Origin: Convolutriloba macropyga
Taxonomy: Eukaryota
Reading direction: 5' to 3'
Length of the DNA: 64,000 nt
NCBI RefSeq assembly: GCF_964194025.1
Contig: NC_134471.1
Location: forward strand, 37,758,001 to 37,822,000
The notes beneath the pieces were generated by a model. That model was not told the DNA's origin and did no database searches. It saw nothing but the letters and a program-made list of their open reading frames with translations. Position numbers and translations under genes: made by a program. Below, one piece after another: positions 12,620-24,788 of this stretch (within the stretch, counting starts at the first letter, position 1; every line of letters begins with the position of its first letter).

Positions 12620-14880
12620 AACAAATCACAGTTTTCCCTTGCCAAACGGTTCATTTCAAAAAAACACACGTAACAAAAATCTGCTTAGAGAGCAATACCT
12701 CAATTCAGAATCTTTCCACGAGTTTTTCAAATTGAAAGCCGAAGTGTGCGCTGGCTATGAAAAAGATTTTGAAAAATTTCATAATCAATTAATTGAAAGC
12801 TCAACTTCAGAGCGCAAGAAATGGAATTTGATCAACGAATTAAGAAACTCCGTGAAAACGACAACTACGGTATACTCTTTAAAAAACTCTTTCAATGAAA
12901 TTATTACAGAAAAAACTAAAATAGCCAGCTTACTTAATTTAAAATTCAGCAAATTAGGAGAATTTTTTGAAAGTAAGAACTATACTGTAGATCTGCCTAT
13001 GGTTAGGCAAAAAAACATCTTTTCTTTTAAATTTGTTACTAAGTTCGAATGTCTTAAAATTCCCTGCTGAACTCAAAAGAGCCGACATCACTCCACTTTT
13101 TAAAAAACGAGACCTTGATGATCCTCTAAACTATCGACCAATTTCGTTAACACCAGCATTAGCAAAAGTTTTTGAATCTCTTATTAAACAACAAATCGAT
13201 GAATATGTTCATAAGAATGCCCTGCTTTCTAAAACACAGTTTGGTTTCAGAAAAAAAATTTCTACAACAGATGCTCTCGTTTATTTAACTGAAAAAATAC
13301 GATGCAACAAAAACGAGAAAAAAATTACTACAGCAGCGTTTTTAGATCTATCAAAAGCTTTTGACTCCATTAATCACAAGCTCATGATTCAAAAGCTTTC
13401 TATTCTTGGATTTTCGATACCAGCTCAAAATCTAATTACGAGCTATCTTTCAAACAGAACACAAAGAGTCATAATCAAAAATGTTAAATCAGGTTGGATT
13501 GAAGTGGCTCAAGGAGTTCCGCAGGGAACAGTCTTAGGTCCACTCTTGTTCAATCTATATGTTAACGATCTTAGCAACTTTTTGTCATGTGAAACAATAC
13601 AATACGCAGATGACACAGTACTATTAAGCTCTCATGATGAAGTTCTCAAATGCAAAGACGAGCTTGAGAAGGCCATAGAAAAATGCATACAATTTTTTAA
13701 ACTACATCACCTCAAGATCAATCCGGATAAAACAGAGTTCAATATTTTTGGTAGCTCTAATCCTCATTACGAAACGACATTAAAAGTGGGAGACAAATTA
13801 ATAAGTTCGAAAGCGGAAATCAAATATCTCGTTGTTAATATTGACAAAGACCTCAAATATCAAAAACAAGTAAAAATTCTTTTGTCAAAAATGGCCCAGG
13901 GCATTAAATGCATATATGCACTCAGGAACATAATACCCACTGGTTACAAAAAAATTACTTTGAACGCTTTTGTTCTCAGTCATGTTCAATATTCTTCTGT
14001 TTTACTTGCAACCATCAATCAAAATCTTGTAACGACATTAGAAAAGCAGTTAAATTGGGCCATCAAAGCTTGTTTTCACAGACAGAAATTTGACTCATCC
14101 TCAGATCTTAAAATGAACCTTGGTATACTACCTATTTCTTTGCTTTTTGATTACAGGGCTGCCGCTTACTGCCATAGTATCATGAATAAAAAGAAGCCTG
14201 CCTTCTCAAGCTCAGCTTTGAAATTACCAACCGCAAATTTTTATATACACGAGCGAACTCAAAAAATTTTTACCCAGACAATTTCAAAATGCAATTTGCA
14301 TGAAAAAAGTATTATTAGAAGAGGTACTCTACAGCACAATTCTTTCCCAAGAAATTATTTGTCAATGTCATACAGTCTTGCAAAGAAAAAATATAAGCTG
14401 TTTTTTCTTAATGAATACAAGAAGGACCCAAATAAAACCCAACATGGATCAATTACTTGGAAACATTTTAAATTCAATTAAATTTCTTTCTGTTTTACAT
14501 TAAATTTATGTTACTGTCGTCCCTCCCCTCCAATACAAGTGACTCCTCTATTGGATCGATATTTTAGTTATTATAAATTATTAGTTTCTCTTTTGTAATT
14601 ATCAATATTTTACACTGCCTATCTCTGTAAATTTTACTACGACTGAAACATTTACAGATTTTAGGAAAAATACAGTGTTCTTTTTTTTTCTCGTTGAACA
14701 ACATTTTGTCAAAAACGCACGAAAGGTAACCATTCTATAAAAAATGCAATTAGAGAAAAAAGGAACACGGAAATCAATCCATTAATGCTGTGCAAAACAA
14801 ATGAGAAGATTAAGCTAAAAAAATGGCTGTGCAAAAGTGTTAATAATATTAAATCCTTATAATAATAATAATATAATAAT
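12620..14880 (+). mobile_element. 5'-truncated LINE C with largely open RT and (TAA)n tail
   Basis: ORFs 12639-13070 and 13033-14481; taataataa tail at ~14860-14880. Confidence 0.9.
13033..14481 (+). pseudogene. LINE C reverse transcriptase domain (482-aa open fragment)
   Basis: NYRPISL, QFGFRK, FLDLSKAFD, GVPQGTVLGP, YADD. Confidence 0.93.
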
Positions 14881-14899
14881 AAATCCTTACTGAAAAAAT

Positions 14900-15792
14900 T
14901 TTATTTCTTCATATTGGAACCGAAGAAAAGTTAGTTTTTAAACCTTACATGTTTCCAAGACAAACAATCTGACGATTGCATGCAAGTGTCTCTTTCATAT
15001 TCATCCAGAAATGATTGAAGATTTGTTTTTCTGATTTTTTTTGTTTTCTCTTATGTAACAAGGGTAAAATATTCCATTCCTAAAATAAAGCTTTTCTAAC
15101 ATGTGAGTTTTCCAGTTTAGAGCTTTTGAATTTATAGCCCCAGAAACCGAGTCCAGTTCCTTCTTTTTTTAATTTTCCAAGGTTTTAAGTTCACGGCCCC
15201 TGCTTTTATCGAATGCAGCAATCGGTTCGTTTTAGTCTTCCAGAAGTAATTTATTCCATAGAAAATTTTTATGTTTTAGTTTCAGATCTCTAGATGAATC
15301 GAACTTTTTTCTAAAGAAGCCAGCTTTGTTAGAATAAAATTTTGATTGATAGACTGAATGATAGTTGCTGAAAAATGAATGACACTCAAAACTAATGCAT
15401 TGAGAATTAGTTTTTTCATTTTCTATCGAATGGTTTTCATTATTGTATAAATAGTCCTAATACCGGTGGCCATTTTCTAGTATTTATTTTGTTTCTTTTC
15501 AGACAGTTTAAAATTTTTCAATGTGGACGCCTAAATATTTATTTGCCCCTTTTTCATCAATGACTGAACTGTCAACAACCATATGTGTATTGCTAATTCG
15601 TTTTCTTTTTCTAAAGACTATGAATCCTGTTTTGGAGGCATTGAGACTTAACTCATGTGCTTGTAAAAACTATTTTTTTTGTTTCCTTTTCTAAAATTTT
15701 TTTGCCATTTTCAATTGAGCTATTAGATGTGAGAACGATTGTGTCATCTGCATTTGAATAATTTCTGTTTAGTTTCAAAGTGTTTTTGCAAG

Positions 15793-15834
<42 letters not shown>

Positions 15835-18300
15835 TGAACAGTAAAGTACCATAGAGCGTTCCTTGAGGAAACCTTCTTGTGAGTTCAACTGGATCCGAAA
15901 GAATATGTCGTTTTTGGTTAAATGCTGCTCACCATGAGACAGAAAATTTTTGATTAATAGCCAGTCGATGTATCAAAACTTATCATATCTAATTTGTCAT
16001 CAAGTATTTTATGGTTATTGAGTCAAAAGCCTTGGATAAATCACGTAGGGCAGCAGATACATAATTACTTTTATCAGTTTGTGAGCGTAAAAACTCAATA
16101 CAATACGTGATTGCGTTTGTGGTTGAAAATCTTTTTCTCAATCCACTTTGTGTTTTTTGATGATGACGCCACAAGTATTGTAAAACTTTGTCTCTGAGAA
16201 GACTTTCGAAAGTTTTTGATTTACATGATGTGAGCGAAATTGCTCTATAGTTCTCTGGATCCCCTGAGTCTTATTTTTAGAAGAGTGGTATCGCAATGGC
16301 TTTTTCGAAGATTTTTCAAAACTTAGTTCTTCGATAGATTGATTTAATTTGAACGACAAATGTGGAACAATTTAGGACACTTCAGTTTTAAGTGCTGCTG
16401 CTTGCATTGATGAAGGTCCTTGTAGTTTATTTACCTTGAGATGATAAAAGCCGTCGTAAAATTGCTTGTCTGTGAAAAAAAGGAAACTAAATATACGTTT
16501 TGAAGGGTGGTGTTTCTCTCTAAGGCCCTTGAAAACTTTTGGTCCTTTGCGTTGGCCAAGTTGAGTAAATTTAAATTTAAGAAGGTTTGTCATTTTTATT
16601 TTCTCAAACATTTATTGCCCGAATGCGTTTTTCTCTGATTCTGGATCTCAATTATCAGTTTCTATTTTTGCCTGTCCGCTCCAGCAGATTTCAATGGGAT
16701 CTGCGTAAAATTTGTTGAAATCATTTGTTTCTCATTTTGAAGAATCTTGATTTAGTTTAAAGAAGGCTTTGTAGTTCTCGTCATTTAAAAATTTATCTCC
16801 AAAAATTCATAGGAGACTTAGTTTGTCTATTTAGCCATTTATCAGCCAGATGAAAACTATTTATATTGCTTCGTATGAAACATTTTTTTAAAAAGCGCAT
16901 GGCGATTTGGTACTTGCGGTTGCTTTTAAGATTGTTTTTTATTCGGGCAGTAATATTTAGTAAAAATTGTTTTTTTTCTAAAATGATGCAATTTATCAAG
17001 ATCGATTCAAACTGCGGGCTAAATTTGCTCAGATCATATCTTACTTTCGGCATCAAATGTTTTGGAACTAGTGCCATAACTCTTCCTTCCGTTTCCTATT
17101 CTCATCGATGCTGATCTGCCGTTGCGAGCAGACATAATGGTCTGAGAAGGGTCTGCAGAAATTTTGCTCCTCAATTTTGTTTAACCCGGCCTTCGTCAAG
17201 CAAAAAATACAGCTCGCACATGTTGTTATCTTCTGTTTCAAGTGAAAATTTTTTTTGGAGATGCTCTGGCAACTTAAGCACAAAAGTTTCAGTTTTTTTG
17301 CGCTTTTTGAATTACTTTTTGGGTCTGTTTTTGCGACAAAATTGTTCCCAGATTTGTTTAAATGTCACCAGATGTAAGAAGATTGATTGATAAGAAAAAA
17401 AAGGAAAAGTTCGGTCTTACTAAAATAGTTGTAGTTAGTTTAACTATTAATGTGAACTTAGAAGAGAGACCCTTGCATACAGCCTTTTTATAACACATTT
17501 CCTTTAAATTTTTTTCTCTATTGACGCGGGAAAGCTTGAGGTTAATAGAAGAAAAAGGACAAAAAAATTTTTGAGTAAGATGTAGCATAAGAATGATCAC
17601 AAGAGATTGTTATTGCTACGCTTCCGTAAACACTTTTTCAATTCTGTAGTGTCATCAATAGCTGTAGTTACCGCCAGTTGTGTTGCAAAATTGAGCACAT
17701 GACGCATTAGCTGTATAATTTGGGTTATATTGACGTTAGCAATCATTTGAGCCATATAAATGTTGCCCGTTGTATTAGATTTTGTTTACTTTTGCATATT
17801 CAGCGTCAATTGAACGGCCCCGTAATTGTGTGTGCATTTTGTTAAAAGGAATGGTGTTGAGCTAATTACAAATGTGATCCCATTCAATTTTTTGCTGTAA
17901 TCACTGCATTTCCAAACCAAGGCTTAATTTATATGAAAATAAGTTTTTGGTGAGTAGAAAAGTACTGAGACTCCGATTAAGTTTATATAGTTATTTGCAA
18001 CATACTACTCAATTACTTTAGAAAATTGCAAAACAAACCAAGTAAGGAGTTACAAACTTGATTTTTGAGTAACTAGGTACTTTGGATAATGTTTTAATAG
18101 CTTTTAAAACTTTATAAGCTACATGTTTTCTGAATCCAATATGGAATCCAAATGCGAGTCCAGTTTTTCTTTCGTTATCTTTTTTCGTATTTACTTATAG
18201 TGGCAAAAAAGTGACGCATCATTTTAAGTTAGCAACTAAAGATACAAAGATCCTTTTTTTCCTCAACTTTGGTTCTTTGGAGTTCACTGTGTTTTCGAGC
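14900..18300 (-). mobile_element. Heavily decayed LINE D, tail-to-tail with LINE C
   Basis: Minus-strand EN remnants (16793-17283), RT DLSKAFDSI (~16020), PQGTL (~15860), possible esterase ORF1 remnant ~17700-17900. Boundaries approximate. Confidence 0.75.
15797..15831. repeat. (TA)n microsatellite inside LINE D RT
   Basis: About 17 TA units. Confidence 0.95.
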
Positions 18301-18824
18301 TAATTTGGGAGCTATGGAAATAAATGGTTCAATCGACAAGACAGTGCAATTTCGTTAAAAAACAACAATTTTTACAAACGGAAGATGACACAACAAACAA
18401 TTTTCTGGAAGAAAGTTACAAAATAAGTTATCATCTCAATCTACTTTTCTCCTTGAATGTTTGAAAAAACTATTTCATTTAGGATTAATCTTTAGTTAAT
18501 CTTGACTTGAAAACACAGCTCGGTAATAATTTTGAATGAACATTGCTGTTCAAAATATTTAAATACTAAATGCTAAATGCCCTATTTTGGTTTTTTCTGG
18601 TTTGAAAAAAATCTACGAAAAAAATCTTTTCCACTTTTCCAGTTAAATTAAAGAACTAGGTAATTTGATGATCTGATATGACAAAAACTTTGGAAAAATC
18701 TTATACTTTTGGCAACTTTGTTTCCTTTCTCTGAAAATTCCATCAACAATCAGAATAATCTTCTTTCGTTTCCATAGAAATAGATGTAATTTTAATTATT
18801 TGCTAAACACACAAAAACAGTATC

Positions 18825-19124
18825 AGTAGTGATGTGTCTTTCTGGGCAAACTACGGGGGGGGACATAAGTGTCTTCCCGTGAACACTACGGGGGGAACAC
18901 AAGTGTCTTCCTGGGCAAACTACAGGGTGGGACATTTTGAAATTCTTTCTCCTTATTTCCCCTGCCATGCATGAAACTAATCTTAGGAAACCATTTTCCC
19001 TCCACTTGCGTGACTGGTTTGCCGCTTTGGGCTTGAAGCTATTTTAACTACCACCGCTTTTGCTTTGAAAGTGAATTCGTCATATGTCTGCGCCAGGGTA
19101 CTTTAATCTTGTTTTGGTCTGGGC
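18825..19124 (+). repeat. Left terminal inverted repeat of Maverick 1
   Basis: Reverse complement of 35842-36140; about 3 differences seen by eye. Confidence 0.96.
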
Positions 19125-19280
19125 AAACTACGGGGGGGGGGACATAAGTGTCTTCCCGTGAACACTACAGGGGGGGACACAAGTGTCTTCCCGGTCAAAC
19201 TACAGGGGGGGACATAAGTGTCTTCCCGTGAACACTACAGGGGGGACACAAGTGTCTTCCCGGTCAAACTACAGGGGGGG
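19121..19280 (+). repeat. Subterminal ~31-bp G-run tandem repeats (about 5 units)
   Basis: ctac(a)GGGGGGGaca(t/c)aagtgtcttccc units; the same unit occurs inside the TIR. Confidence 0.9.
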
Positions 19281-19494
19281 ATTTTTTCTTTGTTTTTCTC
19301 TGAGTCCTATGGAGGGGAGGGGGGACACTTGCATTTTAAAAAAAAAATCAGTTTAAGGAAACCAACCAGGAAGAACTTTAAAAACCTTGGGGGAAAAGGA
19401 GCTGTCATGTAGACACAAACAAAAAAAGTAATTATCATACCCTGCAAAAGTCACCTAATTTTTATTTGTCTATAATGCTTGCTCAAAAACAGCA

Positions 19495-19910
19495 TGACAA
19501 CAACAATCGCGACGGTAGATTTAAAAACCATTCATGAAATCTATATTTTAATAAAAACAGACTATCCAGAACATAATGAAAGATTTCTTTACTTTTTGGC
19601 AACCTGCTTGCACTTGGACCCTGATGTTAACCCCGAAATTGCACTAAAACTGAGGCCTTATGGTGGGATCATTGGAATAGATAACTCTTCATTGGATACT
19701 TATTTGAAATCATTTAAAGTGCTTCGCTTACATGCAATTCTTCATGATGCCTCTGGATTTATTGCAGAGTATAGCCAAAAGGGTCCAGGATACTCTTACG
19801 TTTTGCCTTGTCCAATCACAAACGCTTACGTTGGTCACCTGACAGGTTTGTTCTTCTGCATGTTCGTGAAAACTTTTAAACGTAACTTATTCAGTTTGCT
19901 GGAACGTTGA
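19495..19910 (+). CDS. Conserved Maverick accessory protein, tentatively PLA2-like (YGGxxG...HAxLHD...GPGY)
   Basis: Open ORF; motifs conserved in the Maverick 2 homolog at 57075-57491. The function is inference. Confidence 0.7.
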
Positions 19911-20497
19911 GTCCGGAGATTGTTGTTATAGATTTTGAAGGTTTTCGACACAAAAAGAGTGGATTCATTATAAAAGAATTATCTATTTGTTCAAACAACT
20001 ACTCAGACACGGTTCTTTTTCTTCCTCCAATTTCCTTTAACTCGCTGTCCTCGAGTGAGAGGAAATCGCATCAGTGGGTATCAAAGCATTTGCATGGTAT
20101 TTCGTGGGACAGCGGCAGCTACCCTTACTGGTTTCTATCACAAATATTTATAGCAATCAAGATCCGTTTTCCTACTGCTAAATTCTACGGAAATGGGAAG
20201 GAGAAGACGGAGACACTGCAAAAACTCCTTCAAAAAGACGTCACAAATTTAGAAACATTGCTATGTCCAAAAATTGAAGAAATCTTCACTCCAGTAGAGC
20301 ACTTGACTTGTTCACTTCATTCATCTATACTACCATTCAAACAAAAGAAAAAGCATTGCGCAAAGAGAAAGGCACAGGTGTACTTTTATTGGATAACACT
20401 ACCAACTAATGAATCGTCGTGTGGAGAAAGCAACTCCTTCAGTTCTTCAAGTGAATTTATCTCCAAATTTGACAGTATGCAGTTGCATTGCGAGTGA
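19907..20497 (+). CDS. DEDD/DnaQ-like 3'-5' exonuclease family protein
   Basis: VVIDFEGF..IIKELS Exo I motif, HGISW, C-terminal HCA; no in-frame ATG (ACG at 19904 may be a mutated start). Confidence 0.75.
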   Translation: MSPEIVVIDFEGFRHKKSGFIIKELSICSNNYSDTVLFLPPISFNSLSSSERKSHQWVSKHLHGISWDSGSYPYWFLSQIFIAIKIRFPTAKFYGNGKEKTETLQKLLQKDVTNLETLLCPKIEEIFTPVEHLTCSLHSSILPFKQKKKHCAKRKAQVYFYWITLPTNESSCGESNSFSSSSEFISKFDSMQLHCE

Positions 20498-20738
20498 TAA
20501 CCAGTTGACAGTGACTTTTCTGAAAGAAGAAAAAATTGATTCTCGTGGACAAACTATACTGAGGAAGCAGCAAATACTTTGTAATACTGCTGAAATTGAA
20601 ACACTAAAGAAATATCTTTCACTGCTGGAGTACTTTCAAATGTATCATGTCTTTACAAGAGAAAATGAAAAAACTGAAACTAACCCCTTTACCTACGCCC
20701 AAGTATCCAGTGCCAGTACCAGTACCCCTGGACGATGA
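20409..20738 (+). CDS. Maverick hypothetical protein (109 aa)
   Basis: ATG-started ORF in tightly packed cassette. Confidence 0.5.
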   Translation: MNRRVEKATPSVLQVNLSPNLTVCSCIASDNQLTVTFLKEEKIDSRGQTILRKQQILCNTAEIETLKKYLSLLEYFQMYHVFTRENEKTETNPFTYAQVSSASTSTPGR

Positions 20739-20913
20739 GTGTGTCCCCGATGAAATCAAAGAGGTAGTCAGAGAAGGAAAGGTGGAGTCAATTGTCTACT
20801 ATGGCAATGACTACGGATTCCGAGCGAACTATAAAGTAAAATATAAGAAGGAAGACAAAAACTCTGAATTTGTTACATACGAATTTTTTATGGTTGATGA
20901 ACTAACTAAATAA
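20647..20913 (+). CDS. Maverick hypothetical protein (88 aa, Pro-rich N-terminus)
   Basis: ATG-started ORF whose stop overlaps AATAAA. Confidence 0.55.
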   Translation: MSLQEKMKKLKLTPLPTPKYPVPVPVPLDDECVPDEIKEVVREGKVESIVYYGNDYGFRANYKVKYKKEDKNSEFVTYEFFMVDELTK

Positions 20914-20969
20914 ATAAACTAACAGAATTTTTGAATTAAATTCATTTTTGAAAATCATTTGCTTTCAAA

Positions 20970-21254
20970 ATGAGTCAATCAGGAGATCAATTAGATTGCG
21001 CTGGCAGTGGAGCAGGAATCACTGACTTGGTTTTTGATGATCAAAACCAAGAGAGACGGTCTTGGAGGTTTTGCAATTCTAGATTGCCGCGCTCTGAGGT
21101 AGTTTATTTTACACAAGTTTCGATAATAGTTTTTCTTATTGTAGTTTCACTGACCAAATTAGTTTTCTTCCACCTCGATTGTGAAGAATCAACATTTTGG
21201 TTTTCATTGCTATCGTGCACAGTTGGATACGCACTTCCAAATCCTAAGTTATGA
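20970..21254 (+). CDS. Small two-TM membrane protein coupled to ATPase
   Basis: Two hydrophobic segments, PRSEV...GYxLPNPK conserved in Maverick 2; ATGA overlap with ATPase. Confidence 0.8.
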   Translation: MSQSGDQLDCAGSGAGITDLVFDDQNQERRSWRFCNSRLPRSEVVYFTQVSIIVFLIVVSLTKLVFFHLDCEESTFWFSLLSCTVGYALPNPKL

Positions 21255-21982
21255 ATAAAATAGTCTCAACGAGTGATCGTCTCTTCATGGCAGTCTGTGG
21301 TCCTTCAGGTTGTGGAAAGACCGAAATTATTTTTCAAATGCTTCTTAAGAATACGTTTTTCCCGAATTTCAAGTCAATATACTATTTCTATCAACATGAT
21401 CAACCAAAATTTCAAACGATGGAGCGTAACTTGAACATTTATTTTACCAAATTCTCGGGATTTGAGTTCATTTCACAGTTGGAAAACTGTTTGCTCGTCT
21501 TTGACGATTCTTGCGAGGAAATTTTCAATGACAAGGAGTTTTCAAAACTTGCAACAGCTGGACGCCACAAAAAGATCAGTGTTATCTATGTTAAGCATAA
21601 ATTGTTTCAACAGAGTAAATGGTCTAGAACAATTGATCTCAACACAACACACATCATTTTGTTCAAATCCCCCAGAGATATACAGCAGATAAGTTATATT
21701 GGAAAACAACTCAATAACACAAACTTTTTAAAAGACAGCTATGATCTTGCAACAAAACAACCATTCGGACACTTATTGATTGATTTAGACCCAAAAACAA
21801 TCGACTCACTACGTTATTGTTCAAATATTGTACCACCGGGGCCAACAATTTTCTATCTGCCATCTTCCAAAGCTGTAATTAACCACCTCACAAATGAGAG
21901 AGAAAGAGATATGTATGCTGAGGCGAATGCTCGAAATGCCGGAAAGCATGCTAAAAAAATTCATCAAAAAATCATCAAATAA
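21251..21982 (+). CDS. A32/FtsK-HerA-type DNA packaging ATPase
   Basis: Walker A GPSGCGKT, Walker B LLVFDD, GRH motif; intact ORF. Confidence 0.95.
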   Translation: MNKIVSTSDRLFMAVCGPSGCGKTEIIFQMLLKNTFFPNFKSIYYFYQHDQPKFQTMERNLNIYFTKFSGFEFISQLENCLLVFDDSCEEIFNDKEFSKLATAGRHKKISVIYVKHKLFQQSKWSRTIDLNTTHIILFKSPRDIQQISYIGKQLNNTNFLKDSYDLATKQPFGHLLIDLDPKTIDSLRYCSNIVPPGPTIFYLPSSKAVINHLTNERERDMYAEANARNAGKHAKKIHQKIIK

Positions 21983-22190
21983 ATTTATAAAATTTCTCTG
22001 TGAATGCTTTCTCAATGTTATAAATGGAAACGTGCCCACAGATAAAAGTTTACTTGAAAACTACGAAACATCATTCCGACATTTTCTTTCCAAAGAGACA
22101 AGTTTGAGGAAAAAGCGTCAGCTATTGGTAAAAAATTTACATCTACTTCGAAGCATAAGTCTCTCTTGTTACCTTTACTTGAAGAAGTAG
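21894..22190 (+). CDS. Conserved basic Maverick protein (CECxxNVxxGNVP family)
   Basis: FLCECFLNVINGNVP motif; syntenic homolog 59673-59987. Confidence 0.75.
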   Translation: MREKEICMLRRMLEMPESMLKKFIKKSSNKFIKFLCECFLNVINGNVPTDKSLLENYETSFRHFLSKETSLRKKRQLLVKNLHLLRSISLSCYLYLKK

Positions 22191-22193
22191 TAA

Positions 22194-22989
22194 TGCATGC
22201 GGAAGAGTTTGTCTTGATACCGAAAAGAATGTTTGTGTCAAAACAACCGACTAGGACAGAAATTTTGGATAATCCCATTTATAAACAGAAAGCTGCTCAA
22301 TTGTCACTCCTCCACCGAAACAACCCAACCGATTTTGAAAGCAGAGAGGCGACTGAACAGGAAACTAATAAAACTAATATCGTGAACAAGCGCAAAAGAA
22401 GAAGAACAAGCAGTGTTGATTTAAAAAGTGAATTGGATGATGGAAGTGAAAGTGTAGTCTTTCTTTAGTGATGATGGCGAAATTGAGCCCTCATTGAAAA
22501 AAAGACAATCAGACTTTGACTCTATAATGTCAGAAGTAGAATTAATGGAAGAAAACAAAATCTAAAGAGCGGAAATCATCCTAAACAAGATATTAAGTTC
22601 AGAAACAGTTTCCATTGAGGACCCGAGTGGTTTCCTTTATATTGAGGACAAACCTATGAGAGTTAAAGTGTCAACTTTTTTGTACAATTTGCAACAGCCG
22701 ACAAAGAAAATTGACCTAGCCGTGTACACAAATATTTTGCACGAACTCAAGATACCCCCGCACTTAGTATCCAACACTCATGCTAAAAGTTCTCAAAGAA
22801 GTTTACAGCGATGAGGAGAAAGAAGAGGAAACCGAACAAATTCAAGGAGAATCAGAAAAACAACAAAGAAGCGAACAGAGCAGTGGAAGTCAAAGTAAAG
22901 CCTCCGGATCAAAAACTGCAGAACCAAAAAATCAAACAAACAAAAAGACAGAGCAGGAGACGAAAGGAAAAAAATGGGCTAACTATTAA
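22194..22989 (+). pseudogene. Maverick conserved hypothetical protein, disrupted
   Basis: MHAEEFVLIPK...TFLYNLQQ...LVSNTHAK spread over frames; homolog at 59977-60700. Confidence 0.7.
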
Positions 22990-23908
22990 AGATGTGAAAC
23001 TACTGGATAGACTCTATTCTAAAGGTCCAGCATCATTCGGAAGTTCAAAGCGATTAAAAGATTTCGGTAAACTGCCAATGACAAAAGTCAAAATGTATTT
23101 GGAAACAAAACCATCCTTCACAAAATATCGTGCACAGCGGTTGAATTTTCCGCGATTAAAAGTAATCGTCAACGATCTGAATGAAATCTGGTCTTTAGAT
23201 TTAGCTCATGTTGATAAACTTGCAAAATACAATTGTGATGTTAAATATTTGCTCGTAGCAGTTGACTGCCTCTCGAGGTATCTACGTGTTGAACCGTTGA
23301 AAACAAAAAATGCAACAGAAACCCCAAAGGCCTTCCGAAAAATGATCAAACACAAGCAACCACAAAAAGTTTGGGTGGATGATGGTACTGAGTTTTTGGG
23401 AGCTTTCAAAACACTCTAAAACAAACGAGGAATTCATTTGTATAGTACTTTCAGCAAAAAGAAGTCTGCGTTTGCAGAAAGAAACATCAGGTCACTTAAA
23501 AATATTATTTACCGATATTTGGAGGAAAAATGGACGTATTCTTATATTAACAATTTGGATCAATTCGTAAAATCTATCAACTCCCGTGTTAATCGTGTCA
23601 CCAAACTTGCTCCTAACAAAGTTACCAAAAAAGATGTACCAAGACTTGTATCATTAACTGTGGAGACACGTCGCGGTCAAAAACCAAAACTTTACGTGGG
23701 TGATTTTGTTCGAATCGTTAAAAAGGAAAAAACTTTCCGAAAAGGATACAAGCAATCTTTCACTGACGAAGTTTTTGAAATTGCCGGTATTCTGACGCTT
23801 AATCCACCTACATATTCTCTTATTGATTCTAATAAAGAAATTATCCAGGGCAAGTTTTACCAGCCAGAATTACAACTAGTACGAGAATCTCCAAATCAAA
23901 ATGAGTAA
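22811..23908 (+). pseudogene. Retroviral-like (rve/DDE) integrase with one in-frame stop
   Basis: WSLDL, VWVDDGTEF, AERNIRSLK; TAA at 23417-23419, reading continues in the same frame. Confidence 0.95.
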
Positions 23909-24788
23909 TAACCGTTTTGAGGATGAGTTCACAGTACACGTTATATCATCTGCTTCGATGGACGTTTTCCAGGAAAACACTTAAGCAAATTTCAGAAATT
24001 TTTTTAATGATGAAATTAATCTCACAGGAGACTGGAGAGTGGCTCTGAGTGAAATCATTTTTCCAACGAAAATTGAACACATAGTTAATGGAGATTTGGT
24101 TGCGTTCAGTCTCAGGGGATATGAGGAATCACAAAATCGCGCAATTGGATCCAACGTCATTTCACGACCCTACAATGGAGAAAAATTAGCGTTTATGGCT
24201 GGCACTTATGATACAGTTGCTCAACTTTTAGCAAATATCAAGAGAACAGTTGGACTGCCTAACTTCTCTTTCCGAGAAATCAAAAGCAGTGGGAAATACG
24301 AAATGATTTTTGGTAAATACGAGGGAATTACCTTTCCAAGTGAAGAAATACCCAGTATAATTGGCTTTAAAGGTATTCCAGATGGTTACGGAATTCATAT
24401 TGGATACAAAATGATTCCCACAACAGCGAACCGATTAATGATAAATGATGATACGAAAGCCTATTATGGTGATTTTCCAGCAGACCTTTGCGCTGGAAAA
24501 CATTTAATTTTTATTTACACAAACATTATTGAGTATCAGTATGTGGGTGATGCGAAAGCACCATTGTTAAGAGTCATTGATTCAAAACAGCGTTTGAAAA
24601 ACGGTAGCGTTTGTGAGTTGGAGCGCACTCACAGGATAGTTTTCACAAATTTAGACTACAAAAAACTACTTTCGAACACCATTCAATCAATATCAATTGA
24701 GCTGCGAACTGAAACGGGACAGTTAGTTCCCTTTTCGGGGACTGGTAAAGTTATTTTAACACTACAATTTAAAAAATTTGGTGATTAA
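23901..24788 (+). pseudogene. Minor capsid protein (penton) with one in-frame stop
   Basis: FTVHVISSASM..EN..ANF, GDWRVALSEI, FIYTNII, VGDAKAPLLR; TAA at 23982-23984. Confidence 0.9.

Noticed and set aside
19218-19412. 64-aa ORF
   Set aside because: Translation of the subterminal G-run repeat
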